DNA of 64,000 nt from Endomicrobiales bacterium (GCA_963794945.1 CAWCFT010000001.1:1-64000), one strand, 5' to 3'. Positions 10,426 to 21,210 are shown, counted from the stretch's first letter. The notes: generated by a model from the sequence alone, not told the origin. Numbers and translations: made by a program.

Positions 10426-11169
10426 AAAACACTATTTCATCCAGGAACAAACCCTTTGCTGGTGCCGTTCGTCCTGCCATTTTTCTATTCTTGCCTTCGA
10501 GTATTTCAAATACTTTGCCGGGGTGAATTTTTCCCTTCCCCACATCCACTAGAGTCCCGACAATGTTCCTGACCATCTTATAAAGGAATCTGTCGCCGGT
10601 AAAGGTTAAACTGATCTTACCGTCTCTTCGGGCTATATCAATATCCTCTATATTCGCTGTCTTGTTGGCCTGCATCGAGCCGGAGGCGTCAAATGCGCTA
10701 AAATCGTGCCTGCCAAGCAACATTTTCGAGGCTTTCTTCATCAAAGACATGTCAAGAGGCTTTGATATGTACCAGGAGTTCCTGCCTTGCCAAACTGAGC
10801 GGAAAGGGCCGTTCCAGATGTCGTACCTGTATTTCTTTGTTTTCGCCTCGAACCTTGGATTGAAAGAGCTGTTTTTCTTTTCGGCTTTAGAAACCGATAT
10901 ATCTTTTGGCAGTATAGAATTGAGGTTATATCTAAAATCTGCATTTTCACGCACCATGTTCTTGAATGATGCACTTACTGCCTGTCCCCTGGCGTGAACT
11001 CCCTTGTCTGTCCGGCCCGAGCCACGGTTTTAACGCCTTTATAACCAAGCTTTGAAAGAGCCTTTTCTATTTCACCCTGAACCGTTCTTTCTCCCGGCTG
11101 CACCTGCCAACCGGAAAAACCGGCGCCGTCATATTCTATTAACAGCAAATAGTTACTGCGGGAAGACAT
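10400..11169 (-). CDS. truA: tRNA pseudouridine(38-40) synthase (frameshift near 11020)
   Basis: IEYDGAGFSGWQVQ..TVQGEIE, LLGRHDFSAF, FLYKMVRNIVG and TAPAKGLFL. Confidence 0.93.
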
Positions 11170-11845
11170 CTGAAAATCTTAGCAGTTCAATATTCTGGTC
11201 CACGAAATACTGTCTTAACTGCGGCTGGCAACAGTGTGCCAGTTCGGCTTCGCGCCATATTTCTCCGTAACCCGGATGGGTCATTAGCTCAGCGGCTTCG
11301 TAAGGCTCATCAACGTTACCCCAATACCAGCCTTCAATAAAATGGTCTACAGACTTTATGCCGTTGTCGGAAAGTATTTTTTTCGCTTTATCAAAATCAA
11401 GCTGTTCAGCAAAATGTTTACTGAATATCCTGACAACCGGTATCTTGTATTCTTTCGCGAGCTGGCACATAATAGAGAATATATAAGGGTGCAGGTGAGC
11501 GTGGTGGTGGCTGTCGAGGTGGTCAGCTGAAAACCCGAAAGAATAATATTTGTCAAGCTGCCTGCGGGCCTCGTCTCTTATTGTGTCTTGTGACGGGGCA
11601 TCCGGCAGCATCCCGGCTATAGTGCCCAGGTGATGGTCAACTTCAAAAAATTTGTCCATATCCAGGTGAATGCCTAGGCCCAGAGACGGGTTCGCCTTCG
11701 CCTGCGCAACCGCTTCCTGCGTACCGTCTTTTTCAACAAACAGTGACGCGCTGGTTACAAGCCCGTTCTGGTGGGCATAGACAACACCCCTGTTTATCTC
11801 TTTACGGTAACCAAAGTCATCGGCGTTGATTATTAACTTTTTCAT
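11153..11845 (-). CDS. ChbG/HpnK (YdjC) family deacetylase
   Basis: LIINADDFG, GLGIHL, HLDSHHHAH and ELMTHPG. Confidence 0.9.
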   Translation of the reverse strand: MKKLIINADDFGYRKEINRGVVYAHQNGLVTSASLFVEKDGTQEAVAQAKANPSLGLGIHLDMDKFFEVDHHLGTIAGMLPDAPSQDTIRDEARRQLDKYYSFGFSADHLDSHHHAHLHPYIFSIMCQLAKEYKIPVVRIFSKHFAEQLDFDKAKKILSDNGIKSVDHFIEGWYWGNVDEPYEAAELMTHPGYGEIWREAELAHCCQPQLRQYFVDQNIELLRFSDVFPQ

Positions 11846-11862
11846 GTTAGCCTTGATAAGCT

Positions 11863-12879
11863 TTAAATTATCCCTTTCGCTATCAATGTCTCAGCTATCT
11901 CTACGGCGTTAAGTGCGGCACCCTTAAGCAGGTTGTCCGAAACCACCCAAAAAGTTAGGCCGTTAACACCCGATATATCCTCTCTTATCCTGCCAACGTA
12001 AGTGACCTGCTTGTTCTCAGCGTGCAGCGGCATTGGATACTTCTTATTTTGAGGCTCATCTACGACTTCCACGCCGGGCGCCTTAAGCAGCAGCTTTCTC
12101 GCTTCCTGCGGGCTCAGTTTCTTCTCTGTCTCTATCCAAACAGCTTCGGAATGCGACCGGAAGACCGGGACCCTCACACAAGTCGCTGACAGCTGTATAC
12201 TGCTGTCCCCCATGATCTTCCTGGTCTCATTGACCATCTTCATTTCCTCTTTAGTATAGCCATTTTCTTCAAAAATATCAATCTGCGGTATTAAATTAAA
12301 TGCTATCTGATGCTGGAACTTTGCGGCCGGGGTTATAGCCTTTCCACCGGCCCATTCCATTGACTGCGACTTAAGCTCGTCAATCCCCTTTTGGCCCGCT
12401 CCCGAAACCGACTGGTAGGTGGCTACTACCACCCTTTTTATCTTCGCGGCGTCGTGCAGCGGCTTCAAAGCCACGACCATCTGTATGGTCGAACAATTAG
12501 GATTGGCAATTATCTTCTTTGCCGCGTTAAGGTCGCCCGGGTTGACTTCCGGGACCACAAGCGGCACTTCCTTGTCCATACGCCACGCGCTTGAATTGTC
12601 TATGACAAAGCAGCCGTCTTTCGCAAAATGGGGCGCGAATTCTCTGGAAACAGAGGCGCCGGCGCTGTATAGAGCTATGTCAAGCCCCTTACCGGAATCG
12701 CTTTTCAACTGTTCTACTACTACTTCTTTACCCAGAAAAGAAAGTTTCTTCCCTGCCGACTTTTCTGATGCCAGATACCTTATCTGTTCGACCGGAAAAT
12801 TCCTGGCCTCAAGCATCTTTATCATCTCGCGCCCGACCGCGCCGGTCGCGCCGACCACTCCAACCTTATATTTTTTCAT
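11863..12879 (-). CDS. asd: Aspartate-semialdehyde dehydrogenase
   Basis: VGATGAVG, IDNSSAWR, IANPNCSTIQM, CVRVPV and DNLLKGAALNA; start taken at MKKY. Confidence 0.97.
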   Translation of the reverse strand: MKKYKVGVVGATGAVGREMIKMLEARNFPVEQIRYLASEKSAGKKLSFLGKEVVVEQLKSDSGKGLDIALYSAGASVSREFAPHFAKDGCFVIDNSSAWRMDKEVPLVVPEVNPGDLNAAKKIIANPNCSTIQMVVALKPLHDAAKIKRVVVATYQSVSGAGQKGIDELKSQSMEWAGGKAITPAAKFQHQIAFNLIPQIDIFEENGYTKEEMKMVNETRKIMGDSSIQLSATCVRVPVFRSHSEAVWIETEKKLSPQEARKLLLKAPGVEVVDEPQNKKYPMPLHAENKQVTYVGRIREDISGVNGLTFWVVSDNLLKGAALNAVEIAETLIAKGII

Positions 12880-12900
12880 AACACATCCCTCGTATTTGTT

Positions 12901-13037
12901 AATCTCAAAAATCAAATACTATCATGCCGGAGGCAGATCCGCCTCTGGCGGAAATATCAAAATTATGGTTAACAACCTTAATAAATATTCGATTTTTCTC
13001 TTTCTTTTTGATCTTTGATCCTTGATATTTTATATTT
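12901..13037. repeat. Heptamer inverted-repeat element, ATCAAA type, interrupted by a GC-rich hairpin
   Basis: TCTCAAA AATCAAA...TATCAAA, then TTTGATC TTTGATC CTTGATA TTTTATA. Confidence 0.8.
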
Positions 13038-14102
13038 CTATACGTTGCCAGCGACAAAGTCGCCCATTTCCGTCGTGGTTAAGCCCATCTTCCCGGCTGA
13101 AAGGCTCTTTATCTTTCCGCTTTCCAGAGACTTCACTACTGCCTGCTCAACCATAGCGGCGCCTTCTTTTTCGCCTAAAACCTCTAACATCATGCCGCCC
13201 GCGCATATTGCCGCGAGAGGGTTGATCATATTCTTGCCGGTGTATTTCGGGGCCGATCCGCCAATAGGCTCAAACATCGAAACGCCGTTGGGGTTGATAT
13301 TGCCGCCCGCGGCTATCCCCATCCCGCCCTGCGTCATCGCTCCAAGGTCTGTAATAATGTCTCCGAACAGGTTGTCCGTGACAATGACGTCAAACCATTC
13401 CGGGTTCTTGACCATCCACATGCAGGTGGCGTCAACGTGAGCGTAATCTGGCTTAATGCCGGGGTACTCTTTCGCGACTTCATAGAAAGCCCTTTCCCAC
13501 AGGTCAAAAGCGTATGTCAAAACGTTCGTTTTTCCGCAAAGTGTCAGCTTATTAGCTTTGTTCCTTTTCTTCGCCAGATCGAAAGCGTAACGGATACACC
13601 TTTCAGCGCCGAAACGCGTATTGATGGATTCCTGTACCGCTACTTCTTGCGGAGTATTTTTTCTGAGGAAACCGCCCGCGCCGCAGTACATGCCTTCAGT
13701 GTTCTCCCTGACTACGACATAATCTATATCCGATGGTTTCTTATCTTTCAAAGGCGACTCGACATTCGGGAAAAGCTTTACCGGGCGAAGGTTTATATAC
13801 TGGTCAAGCTCGAAACGAAGCCTCAACAGCAATCCTTTTTCGAGTATCCCTGGTTTTACATCCGGATGTCCGATCGCTCCGAGATATATCGAATCCACCT
13901 TACGCAACTCCGCAAGCACGCTGTCCGGCAGTATCTCGCCGGTCTTTTTGAAGCGCTCACCGCCGAGGTCGTAGTTGATCCATTCAAGCTTGAATTTGTT
14001 CTTTTTTGCTGCGGCTTCAAGCACCTTGATTCCTTCTTTGATAACTTCCGGGCCTGTTCCGTCTCCGCCTAATACCGCGATACGATAACTTTTCTTGTCC
14101 AT
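13038..14102 (-). CDS. leuB: 3-isopropylmalate dehydrogenase
   Basis: GDGTGPEV, NLRPVK, VRENTEG, NLFGDIITD and FEPIGGSAP; leu operon context. Confidence 0.93.
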   Translation of the reverse strand: MDKKSYRIAVLGGDGTGPEVIKEGIKVLEAAAKKNKFKLEWINYDLGGERFKKTGEILPDSVLAELRKVDSIYLGAIGHPDVKPGILEKGLLLRLRFELDQYINLRPVKLFPNVESPLKDKKPSDIDYVVVRENTEGMYCGAGGFLRKNTPQEVAVQESINTRFGAERCIRYAFDLAKKRNKANKLTLCGKTNVLTYAFDLWERAFYEVAKEYPGIKPDYAHVDATCMWMVKNPEWFDVIVTDNLFGDIITDLGAMTQGGMGIAAGGNINPNGVSMFEPIGGSAPKYTGKNMINPLAAICAGGMMLEVLGEKEGAAMVEQAVVKSLESGKIKSLSAGKMGLTTTEMGDFVAGNV

Positions 14103-14145
14103 TGCACTGTCTCCTTTATTTTTGTTTTATTTAACATATTGTTCT

Positions 14146-14640
14146 TTATTTCGTTTTTATGTATTCCAGCAGCCCACCTTTACGGATTATTTCCTGCATG
14201 AACTCCGGAAAAGCCTGAGCCTTGTAACTCTCGCTGCGTGAAATATTTTTTATCTCGCCTTTCGCTAAATTCACTTCTATAACATCTCCTGTCTTGATCT
14301 TTTCCACAGCCTCATCTGACTCAAGAATAGGAAGCCCTATATTTATCGAGTTGCGGAAGAATATCCTCGCGTAAGATCTCGCGATTATTCCGGAAAGCCC
14401 CGCCGCCTTTATCGCTATCGGCGCGTGCTCCCTCGACGACCCGCAGCCAAAGTTGTTCTCGGCCACGATGAAATCTCCCGGGGCTGCCTTTTTAAGGAAC
14501 TCTGTATCGAGGTCTTCCATGCAATGTTTAGCGAGTTCTTTCGGGTCGGACGTATTTAAATAGCGGGCCGGTATTATTTCGTCCGTGTTTATATTCGACC
14601 CGTATCTATGCGCTTTGCCTTTCAGTATTATTTCATTCAT
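14146..14640 (-). CDS. leuD: 3-isopropylmalate dehydratase small subunit
   Basis: [23 protein letters not shown] and ARIFFRN. Confidence 0.93.
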   Translation of the reverse strand: MNEIILKGKAHRYGSNINTDEIIPARYLNTSDPKELAKHCMEDLDTEFLKKAAPGDFIVAENNFGCGSSREHAPIAIKAAGLSGIIARSYARIFFRNSINIGLPILESDEAVEKIKTGDVIEVNLAKGEIKNISRSESYKAQAFPEFMQEIIRKGGLLEYIKTK

Positions 14641-14658
14641 ATATTCCTCTCTTTGCAA

Positions 14659-14767
14659 TGTTAAATATCAAACATCAAATGTCAAACATTCATCTCAAAA
14701 TTCAAACTTGCTTCTTATCTTTAAATTTTAATCTGTCATTTTGATCCTTGATATTTGATTCTTGATT
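14659..14767. repeat. Heptamer inverted-repeat element, ATCAAA type
   Basis: TGTTAAA TATCAAA CATCAAA TGTCAAA ... TTTGATC CTTGATA TTTGATT CTTGATT. Confidence 0.85.
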
Positions 14768-14797
14768 TCCAATAAACCCTGCTCTGTTACTTTTCTC

Positions 14798-16057
14798 TTA
14801 GATCTGGTCGGGGTCCGTTATCTGTCCCTTTATGGCCGATGCCGCGCAACTGCCGGGCTCGCCAGGTACACTTCCGATTTCGGGTGGCCCATGCGGCCCA
14901 CGAAGTTGCGGTTCGTCGTCGCCACGCAGCGTTCGCCGGACGCCAGTATTCCCATGTGCCCGCCAAGGCACGGCCCGCACGTCGGGGCCGATATAAGCGC
15001 GCCGGCTTTCAAGAATATATCGAAAAGCCCTTCCTGCATAGCGTCCGCGTAAACCTTCGGCGTTGCCGGTATGATAAGCGTCCTAACGTTCGGTGACACC
15101 TTTTTGCCCTTCATTATCTTCGCGGCTATCCTCAGATCCTCTATTCTGCCGTTCGTGCAGGAGCCTATGACCACCTGGTCTATGTCAATCCCGCTCAACT
15201 CGGTTGCGGCCCTTCGCGTTCGACGGAAGGAAAGGCACGGAGACCTGCGGAGCAATGTCCGCGCAGTCTATCTCGATCACCTGGACGTACTGCGCGTCGG
15301 CGTCGCTTTCGTAGAACTTATATTTCCTCTGCGCCCGGTTCTCAACGTAAGACATCGTGGTCCTGTCAGGCGCTATTATACCGTTCTTGCCGCCGGCCTC
15401 TATGGCCATGTTGGCCATTGTCAGCCTGTCGGCCATCGGAAGGGCCTCTATCGCCGGCCCCGTGAACTCCATGGACTTATAAAGGGCTCCGTCAACGCCT
15501 ATCTTGCCTATAGTGTAGAGTATCATGTCTTTTCCGCCTACCCACTTGCGCAGTTTGCCCTTATAAACGAACTTTATCGATGCCGGCACCTTGAGCCACA
15601 CCTTGCCGGTTATCATCGCCGCGGCGAGGTTTGTCGAGCCTACACCGGTCGAGAAAGCGCCCATAGCCCCGTACGTGCAGGTGTGTGAATCTGCGCCTAT
15701 AACAAGGTCGCCCGGCACAACGATCCCCTGCTCCGGCAGAAGCGCATGCTCAACGCCGCAGTTCCCGCCTTCGAAATAATTAACTATCCTCTGTTCCCTT
15801 GCGAACTCTCTGACATATTTGACCTGTTCCGCGCTGTTGATGTCCTTGTTCGGCGTAAAATGGTCCATGACAAGGACTACCTTGTTCTTGTCAAAAACAT
15901 TCTTCGCGCCCGCGCTGCGGAACTCTTTTATCGCCAATGGCGCCGTCACGTCGTTACCCAGAGCGATGTCAACTTTCGGCTCTATGAACTCGCCCGCTTT
16001 CACGGTTTTCTTTCCGCAGTGCGCGGCCAGTATCTTTTCTGTTATTGTATTTCCCAT
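14798..16057 (-). CDS. leuC: 3-isopropylmalate dehydratase large subunit (two indels)
   Basis: [33 protein letters not shown] and [10 protein letters not shown] across frames. Confidence 0.93.
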
Positions 16058-16073
16058 TTTTTAACTCCTATAG

Positions 16074-16172
16074 TATTAAGCGGTAAGTGGTAAGGGTTAA
16101 GGGGTAAGTAAACAACAAGTCCTATTGAGTCCGTTGACTTTCACTTACCACTTACCACTCTACCCCTTATCC
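16074..16172. repeat. Heptamer inverted-repeat element, GGTAAG type
   Basis: CGGTAAG TGGTAAG GGTTAAG GGGTAAG ... CTTACCA CTTACCA CTCTACC CTTATCC. Confidence 0.85.
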
Positions 16173-16176
16173 CTGG

Positions 16177-17718
16177 TTAATTTATTTTCGCTACGATCTT
16201 ATTTATCGCCTGCAGGTACGCTTTGGCGCTCGCCTCGATAATGTCGGTCGAGGTGCCGCGGCCCGAGAAAGACGCGCCTTTGTATTCCACTTTGACGTTG
16301 ACTTCGCCCTGCGCGTCCTTGCCTCCGGATATCGCTCTGAGGTTGTAATCAACAAGTTTAACCTTTACCCCGGTGATCTTGTCTATCGCCTTGTAGGCGG
16401 CGTCAACAGGCCCGTCGCCGCACGCGGCTTCCTGTACCACCATCCTGGCTTTTCCGGCGGCCGTTGCCTTTTCGTTCTTCGCGAGCCGCAATGTCGCGGT
16501 CGGTATTATGCCGGTGCCCGACGATGTGTTGAGGTATTCAAGCGTATATGTCTCAGCCATCTGGTTTAAGTCCTCTTCCACCAGGGCCTGCAGATCGTCG
16601 TCAAAAACAACCTTCTTCTTGTCCGTCAGTATCTTGAACTTCTCGTATATTGTTTCCAGCTCGGCCCCGCTTACGTCGTAGCCCAGCTCTTTGAGCCTCT
16701 TTGAAAGCGCGTGGCGGCCTGAATGCTTGCCAAGAACCAGCTTGCTTGACGGCACGCCCACGTCCTGCGGCCTCATTATCTCGTAGGTCAGGCGCTCTTT
16801 TATCACGCCGTCCTGGTGTATGCCGGACTCGTGCGCGAAGGCGTTGGAGCCCACAACAGCCTTGTTAGGCTGGACGGATATGCCGGTCAGCGCGGACACC
16901 AGCCTGCTCGATTTATACAGTTCTTTTGTGTTAATGCCGTACTCAAGGCCGAAATACTGTTTGCGGGTTTTAAGCGCCATAACTATCTCTTCAATAGCGG
17001 CGTTACCGGCCCGTTCTCCGATGCCGTTAACGGTGCACTCAACCTGCCGAACGCCCGCGCGTATTGCCGCAAGCGAGTTCGCTACAGCCAGGCCAAGGTC
17101 ATTGTGGCAGTGGACGCTCATAACGGCTTTATCGACGTTCCTGACGCGGGAGCGAAGCTCCTCTATCATCTTCCCGAACTCTTCGGGCATAGCGTAGCCT
17201 ACCGTGTCCGGGATGTTAACCGTTGTCGCGCCGGCGTCTATCACGGCCTCTATCACTTTAGCCAGGTAATCAAAATCTGAACGCGAAGCGTCTTCGGCCG
17301 AGAATTCCACGTCGCGGCAGAACTTTTTCGCGTAGCGCACCGTGTTCACCGCCATATCGAAAACTTCTTCGCGGGTCTTCTGCAGTTTGCGTTTTATGTG
17401 CAGGTCGGAAGTCGCTATAACTATATGTATCCTGGGTTTTTTAGAATACTTTACCGCGTTCCAGCAGGCGTTGATGTCTTTAACGTTCGCGCGGCACAGG
17501 CCGGCGATGCTGGGCCCTTTTATTTCTTTGGCTATCAGCTTAACCGACTCGAAATCGCCGGGGCTGGAAATAGGGAAACCGGCCTCGATGACGTCCACAC
17601 CCATCCTCTCAAGCTGGCGGGCAACTTCTATCTTTTCCTTAATGTTCATGCTCGCGCCGGGCGACTGCTCGCCGTCGCGTAAAGTAGTATCAAAAAATAT
17701 GATCTTATTGTTCTTCAT
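16177..17718 (-). CDS. leuA: 2-isopropylmalate synthase
   Basis: [35 protein letters not shown] and a regulatory domain (GDGPVDA). Confidence 0.97.
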   Translation of the reverse strand: MKNNKIIFFDTTLRDGEQSPGASMNIKEKIEVARQLERMGVDVIEAGFPISSPGDFESVKLIAKEIKGPSIAGLCRANVKDINACWNAVKYSKKPRIHIVIATSDLHIKRKLQKTREEVFDMAVNTVRYAKKFCRDVEFSAEDASRSDFDYLAKVIEAVIDAGATTVNIPDTVGYAMPEEFGKMIEELRSRVRNVDKAVMSVHCHNDLGLAVANSLAAIRAGVRQVECTVNGIGERAGNAAIEEIVMALKTRKQYFGLEYGINTKELYKSSRLVSALTGISVQPNKAVVGSNAFAHESGIHQDGVIKERLTYEIMRPQDVGVPSSKLVLGKHSGRHALSKRLKELGYDVSGAELETIYEKFKILTDKKKVVFDDDLQALVEEDLNQMAETYTLEYLNTSSGTGIIPTATLRLAKNEKATAAGKARMVVQEAACGDGPVDAAYKAIDKITGVKVKLVDYNLRAISGGKDAQGEVNVKVEYKGASFSGRGTSTDIIEASAKAYLQAINKIVAKIN

Positions 17719-17748
17719 TTTGTTACCTCTTAGTTGTTTGGTTATTAT

Positions 17749-18566
17749 TTATTTGCCGTTTTCAGGGCCGGCGGACGCGCCGGAATTTTTTTTGAGGCGT
17801 GTAGCGAGGCTTAGAGACTGCCTAAGTCGAATATACCGCCAGATGTATCCCGTGATCCCGGAGAGGATGTATATAAGGAAGATTATAAAAATGGTGTTTT
17901 GCGGATACGTTATTATCAGCATGATACCTATCACGAACAGTGTCAGCAGCTGGAAAGTCCTCGGTTTGTTCAGTTTCAAATTTTTCATCGCCGCGTACGG
18001 CACGGACGATATCATCAGTATGGAGATGACCACCATCATTATAGGGATGCTCTTGAACATCATCGGCATTTTATCCATTATCATCGGTATAGTTTTTACC
18101 GGTATAACGGAACCGTTCTCAAAAAGCTCGTAGCTCAGCGCGAAGGAAGCCAGTATCCCCGCCGCGGCTGGTATCGGCAGCCCAACAAAATGCGGCGAGG
18201 GTATGCCTTCCTGCGCCTTGATGTTGTACCTCGCCAGGCGCAGCGCGCCTGCCACAACATAGAACACAGCTATTGTAACGCCGGATTTGTCCATCGTTTG
18301 AAGCACCATCTGGTACATGAGTATCGAAGGCGCCACGCCGAACGCGATAAGGTCGGCCAGTGAATCGAATTCTATTCCGAAACTGCTTGTTGATTTTGTC
18401 CAGCGCGCCACACGCCCGTCCAGCGCGTCCATAACTATGGACAGCATAATGCACCAGGAAGCAGCCCGAACTGCCCGTGTATGGACAGCAGTATAGATAT
18501 AAACCCGAACACCAGGTTAGCCGCGGTAAAAAGGCTTGGCAGTATGTACAGCCCGTGTAGTGTAAT
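17749..18566 (-). CDS. pssA: CDP-diacylglycerol-serine O-phosphatidyltransferase (indel near 18480; apparent ATT start)
   Basis: GLYILPSLFTAANLVFG, DALDGRVAR..SSFGIEFDSLAD, LRLARYN and FVGLPIP. Confidence 0.9.
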
Positions 18567-19180
18567 TATTTTAATTCTCCTATTACAGTTTCTGCGCCAA
18601 CGATCTTGTCGCCCGGCTTGACCTTGACTTCAGCCGATACCGGCAGGTGTATGTCAACCTGCGAACTGAATTTTATTAGGCCTATCTTGTCGCCGGTTTT
18701 AAGGTTGTCGCCTTTTTTTGACCAGGCAACCACCCTTCTCGCGAGAATCCCCGCTATCTGTTTGACTATTACGTTGCCTTTCTTTGTTTCTATAGTGAAA
18801 ATATTTTGTTCGTTTACCATATGCGCCTGTTTGTCGTTGGCCTTAAGGAACTTGCCCGGGCGGTATTCAAGGTTCTTCAGCGCGCCCGAAACCGGCGAAC
18901 GCTGAATATGAACGTTGAACACCGAAAGGAAAACCCTTATGATTTTCTCGCCGTTCTCTTCAAGCGTTTCCATCACGGTGCCGTCGCAGGGCGAAACAAC
19001 AAGGTTCTCTCCCGCCGGCGCAACTCTTTTCGGGTCGCGGAAAAAGTACAGGCAGAAAAGCGCGAGCGCGGCAAATATGCATCCGCAGACCATAGCTATG
19101 GGCCCACGTCCGCTCACTAATAAGGAAATCCCCAGAACACCAGGGACCGCGATAAATACATACCCTTCTTTAGCTATCAT
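18566..19180 (-). CDS. psd: Phosphatidylserine decarboxylase
   Basis: YFFRDP, VSPCDG, FLSVFNVHIQRSP, QIAGILARR and IKFSSQVD cleavage region; start at MIAKEG. Confidence 0.92.
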   Translation of the reverse strand: MIAKEGYVFIAVPGVLGISLLVSGRGPIAMVCGCIFAALALFCLYFFRDPKRVAPAGENLVVSPCDGTVMETLEENGEKIIRVFLSVFNVHIQRSPVSGALKNLEYRPGKFLKANDKQAHMVNEQNIFTIETKKGNVIVKQIAGILARRVVAWSKKGDNLKTGDKIGLIKFSSQVDIHLPVSAEVKVKPGDKIVGAETVIGELK

Positions 19181-19190
19181 AAGTTTTACT

Positions 19191-19219
19191 ATTTTAATAA
19201 AAAAACAACGTTTTGTCAA
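19191..19219 (-). promoter_or_regulatory. Sigma-70 promoter of the psd-pssA-leu operon
   Basis: TTGACA-17 nt-TAAAAT on the minus strand, 10 nt before the ATG. Confidence 0.7.
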
Positions 19220-19223
19220 AAAT

Positions 19224-19253
19224 AAAACCGTTGAAAACGACTTCAACGGTTTT
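19224..19253 (-). terminator. Intrinsic terminator-like hairpin
   Basis: AAAACCGTTGAA-6-TTCAACGGTTTT with T tracts on both strands. Confidence 0.65.
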
Positions 19254-19357
19254 CATTCATTCCCTAATTTTCCTTAGGTTGCCCGCCGAAGAGGCAGGAT
19301 GATTCCCACATGAGTGTTATCAAGCCTTAATTCCCACAAGTCGTTATTGCCGTTTTT

Positions 19358-19438
19358 TGTCATCCCGAACGAAGAGAGGGATCTTGCCTTCGTCCAAAAA
19401 AAGATCTCTCACCGTCATATGACGGATTCGAGATGACA
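19358..19438. repeat. REP/RPE-like palindromic element
   Basis: TGTCATCCCGAA...TTCGAGATGACA termini with internal GAGGGATCT/AGATCTCTC and CCGTCATATGACGG. Confidence 0.65.
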
Positions 19439-19562
19439 GGATGGGAGTTCGGCAAAAGTTCATTAGTTGAGCCTGATATCGACACTTTTCTTGCCTGTCA
19501 TTCACAACGAAGAACTATTTCCATAAGTGTAACAAGCCACGCCTGACATCGGCCTGCGCTAT

Positions 19563-19868
19563 TTATGCAACTTTCAGCGATAAGCCAAGCGACTGAATAA
19601 CCTGCACGAATGTTGAAAGGCGGGGATCGCCTTTTTCAGACAGCGCTCTATAAAGATGCTCGCGGCTGACACCGGAATCTTTCGCAAGCTTGATAAATCC
19701 CCCGCGAACCTTCGTAGCGACTGCCAGCGCGGAAAGGAACGCTTCTTCATCGCCATCCTTTTGGAATTCCTCAAGCGCAACCTCAATAAAGGTTTTCAAT
19801 TCTTTAGGGTGTTTTCTGTAATGTTCTATCTGCACTTCATCAAAGGTTCTAAATTTTCTTTTGCTCAT
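19563..19868 (-). CDS. Addiction-module antidote (HTH antitoxin)
   Basis: LAKDSGVSREHLYRALSEKGDPRLSTFVQVIQSLGL. Confidence 0.88.
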   Translation of the reverse strand: MSKRKFRTFDEVQIEHYRKHPKELKTFIEVALEEFQKDGDEEAFLSALAVATKVRGGFIKLAKDSGVSREHLYRALSEKGDPRLSTFVQVIQSLGLSLKVA

Positions 19869-20172
19869 AGTAATCCTCCAGGTATTCCAATGCTTTCTTT
19901 ATATCACTTTCCTGGCCCTTGTCGCCGCCTGTAAGAAGAAGCACTATATTCTGCCCGTCTTCAGCGCAATATACACGGTATCCCTTTCCAAAATCAAACC
20001 GGAGCTCTATAATGCCGCTGAAACGCTTATGATCCCCGAAATTGCCTTTTGGAATTCTCGCTATCCGCGCTTCTATTCTCGCGCTTGTAACTTTGTCCCT
20101 CAGCGAGTAAAGCCATTCACTGAAAGGTTCTTTATTGTCTTTGGTTTGGTAAACAAGAAGTTTCTTTTGCAT
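19849..20172 (-). CDS. Addiction-module killer, RelE/ParE-superfamily toxin
   Basis: EPFSEWLYSLRD, GNFGDHK, ELRFDFGKGYRVY and LLTGGDK..DIKKA. Confidence 0.88.
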   Translation of the reverse strand: MQKKLLVYQTKDNKEPFSEWLYSLRDKVTSARIEARIARIPKGNFGDHKRFSGIIELRFDFGKGYRVYCAEDGQNIVLLLTGGDKGQESDIKKALEYLEDYYEQKKI

Positions 20173-20186
20173 CCCTATCCTTAACT

Positions 20187-20215
20187 AATGTAGCATATAT
20201 ATTACACCACGTCAA
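20187..20215 (-). promoter_or_regulatory. TA promoter with overlapping palindromic operator
   Basis: TTGACG-17-TACATT containing TGTA-atatatatgc-TACA. Confidence 0.6.
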
Positions 20216-20246
20216 CTATTTTTTACGCGGCGCCCGGCACTGAAAC

Positions 20247-20627
20247 TTATTTTCCTTTTTCCTGAAGTAATTCTTTAATTTTATCAAGGAGGTCGTTATT
20301 GTCGAAGGGTTTTGCGATATAGCAGTCAGCCTTCGCGTCTAAGGCTTCTTTTCTCTCGTCGCCTGAGTGCTTGGCTGTAACGATGATGACCGGTATACTG
20401 CGCGTGCTGTTGCCAACCTTCAATGTGCGGCATACGTCGTAGCCGTTCATGCGCGGCATCATTACATCCATGATTATCAGGTCGGGCTTGTTCTCAAACA
20501 CTTTATGTATGGCGAAGTCTCCGTCACGCACAGAAATGACCTGGTACCCCTTGTATTCCAAAAGGCTGGTGACGCTGCATATGACATCTTCGTCGTCGTC
20601 AACTATAAGTATCTTTTTCCCGGGCAT
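20247..20627 (-). CDS. Single-domain response regulator (receiver)
   Basis: ILIVDDD, PDLIIMDVMMPRMNG, IIVTA and YIAKPF. Confidence 0.92.
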   Translation of the reverse strand: MPGKKILIVDDDEDVICSVTSLLEYKGYQVISVRDGDFAIHKVFENKPDLIIMDVMMPRMNGYDVCRTLKVGNSTRSIPVIIVTAKHSGDERKEALDAKADCYIAKPFDNNDLLDKIKELLQEKGK

Positions 20628-20705
20628 ATGTTCTCCGATAAATGCGTGAAGCAGGGGACGTTGCTCATTTAACAACTTAGGGGGCTTTTTCCTTTTAGTC
20701 AATTT

Positions 20706-20745
20706 ATAGAAATAGCCAAAATGAAGATATTTTGACTATTTCTAT
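20706..20745 (-). terminator. Inverted repeat, probable terminator
   Basis: ATAGAAATAGcCAAAAT-gaagat-ATTTTGaCTATTTCTAT. Confidence 0.5.
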
Positions 20746-20859
20746 CCCTCAGCGCAGCGTGCATGCGGTGATAGATTTAGACGAAATCTTTTTAGTTCAC
20801 TTAGTCAAGTCAGGCACCGTTTCTCATTCTTCTATCGCTAAAGCTTCTAAAGTGATTTT

Positions 20860-21210
20860 CTACATCCATTTTTCAATCGTTTTACAAATTAAGTCATCTA
20901 CATATTTGAAAGCTTTTCTATACTTTTCATCCCAATCTTCGTCATTTTTATCGTTGAGCTCATATTCCGCTTTCCAATACTCATATAAAGCTTTTACATC
21001 TTGACCATTTTTATGGTTTTTTACAATCCAGTCTGCAGTGGTGAATAGACCTACATCTGCAATATATGCCCATACTTGATTTTTCATGTCTTCAGATTTT
21101 CTTTCAATAGCTATGACATAATACAATTGTAAGATAACAGCAAATAGCATAATCACCGTAGCAATTAACATAATCCCCATAACCATGGCACTATTCATTC
21201 CTAGAAACAT
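20860..21210 (-). CDS. Hypothetical membrane-anchored protein, AT-rich
   Basis: SD AAGGAGG upstream, one N-terminal TM, acidic/aromatic C-terminus. Confidence 0.7.
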   Translation of the reverse strand: MFLGMNSAMVMGIMLIATVIMLFAVILQLYYVIAIERKSEDMKNQVWAYIADVGLFTTADWIVKNHKNGQDVKALYEYWKAEYELNDKNDEDWDEKYRKAFKYVDDLICKTIEKWM

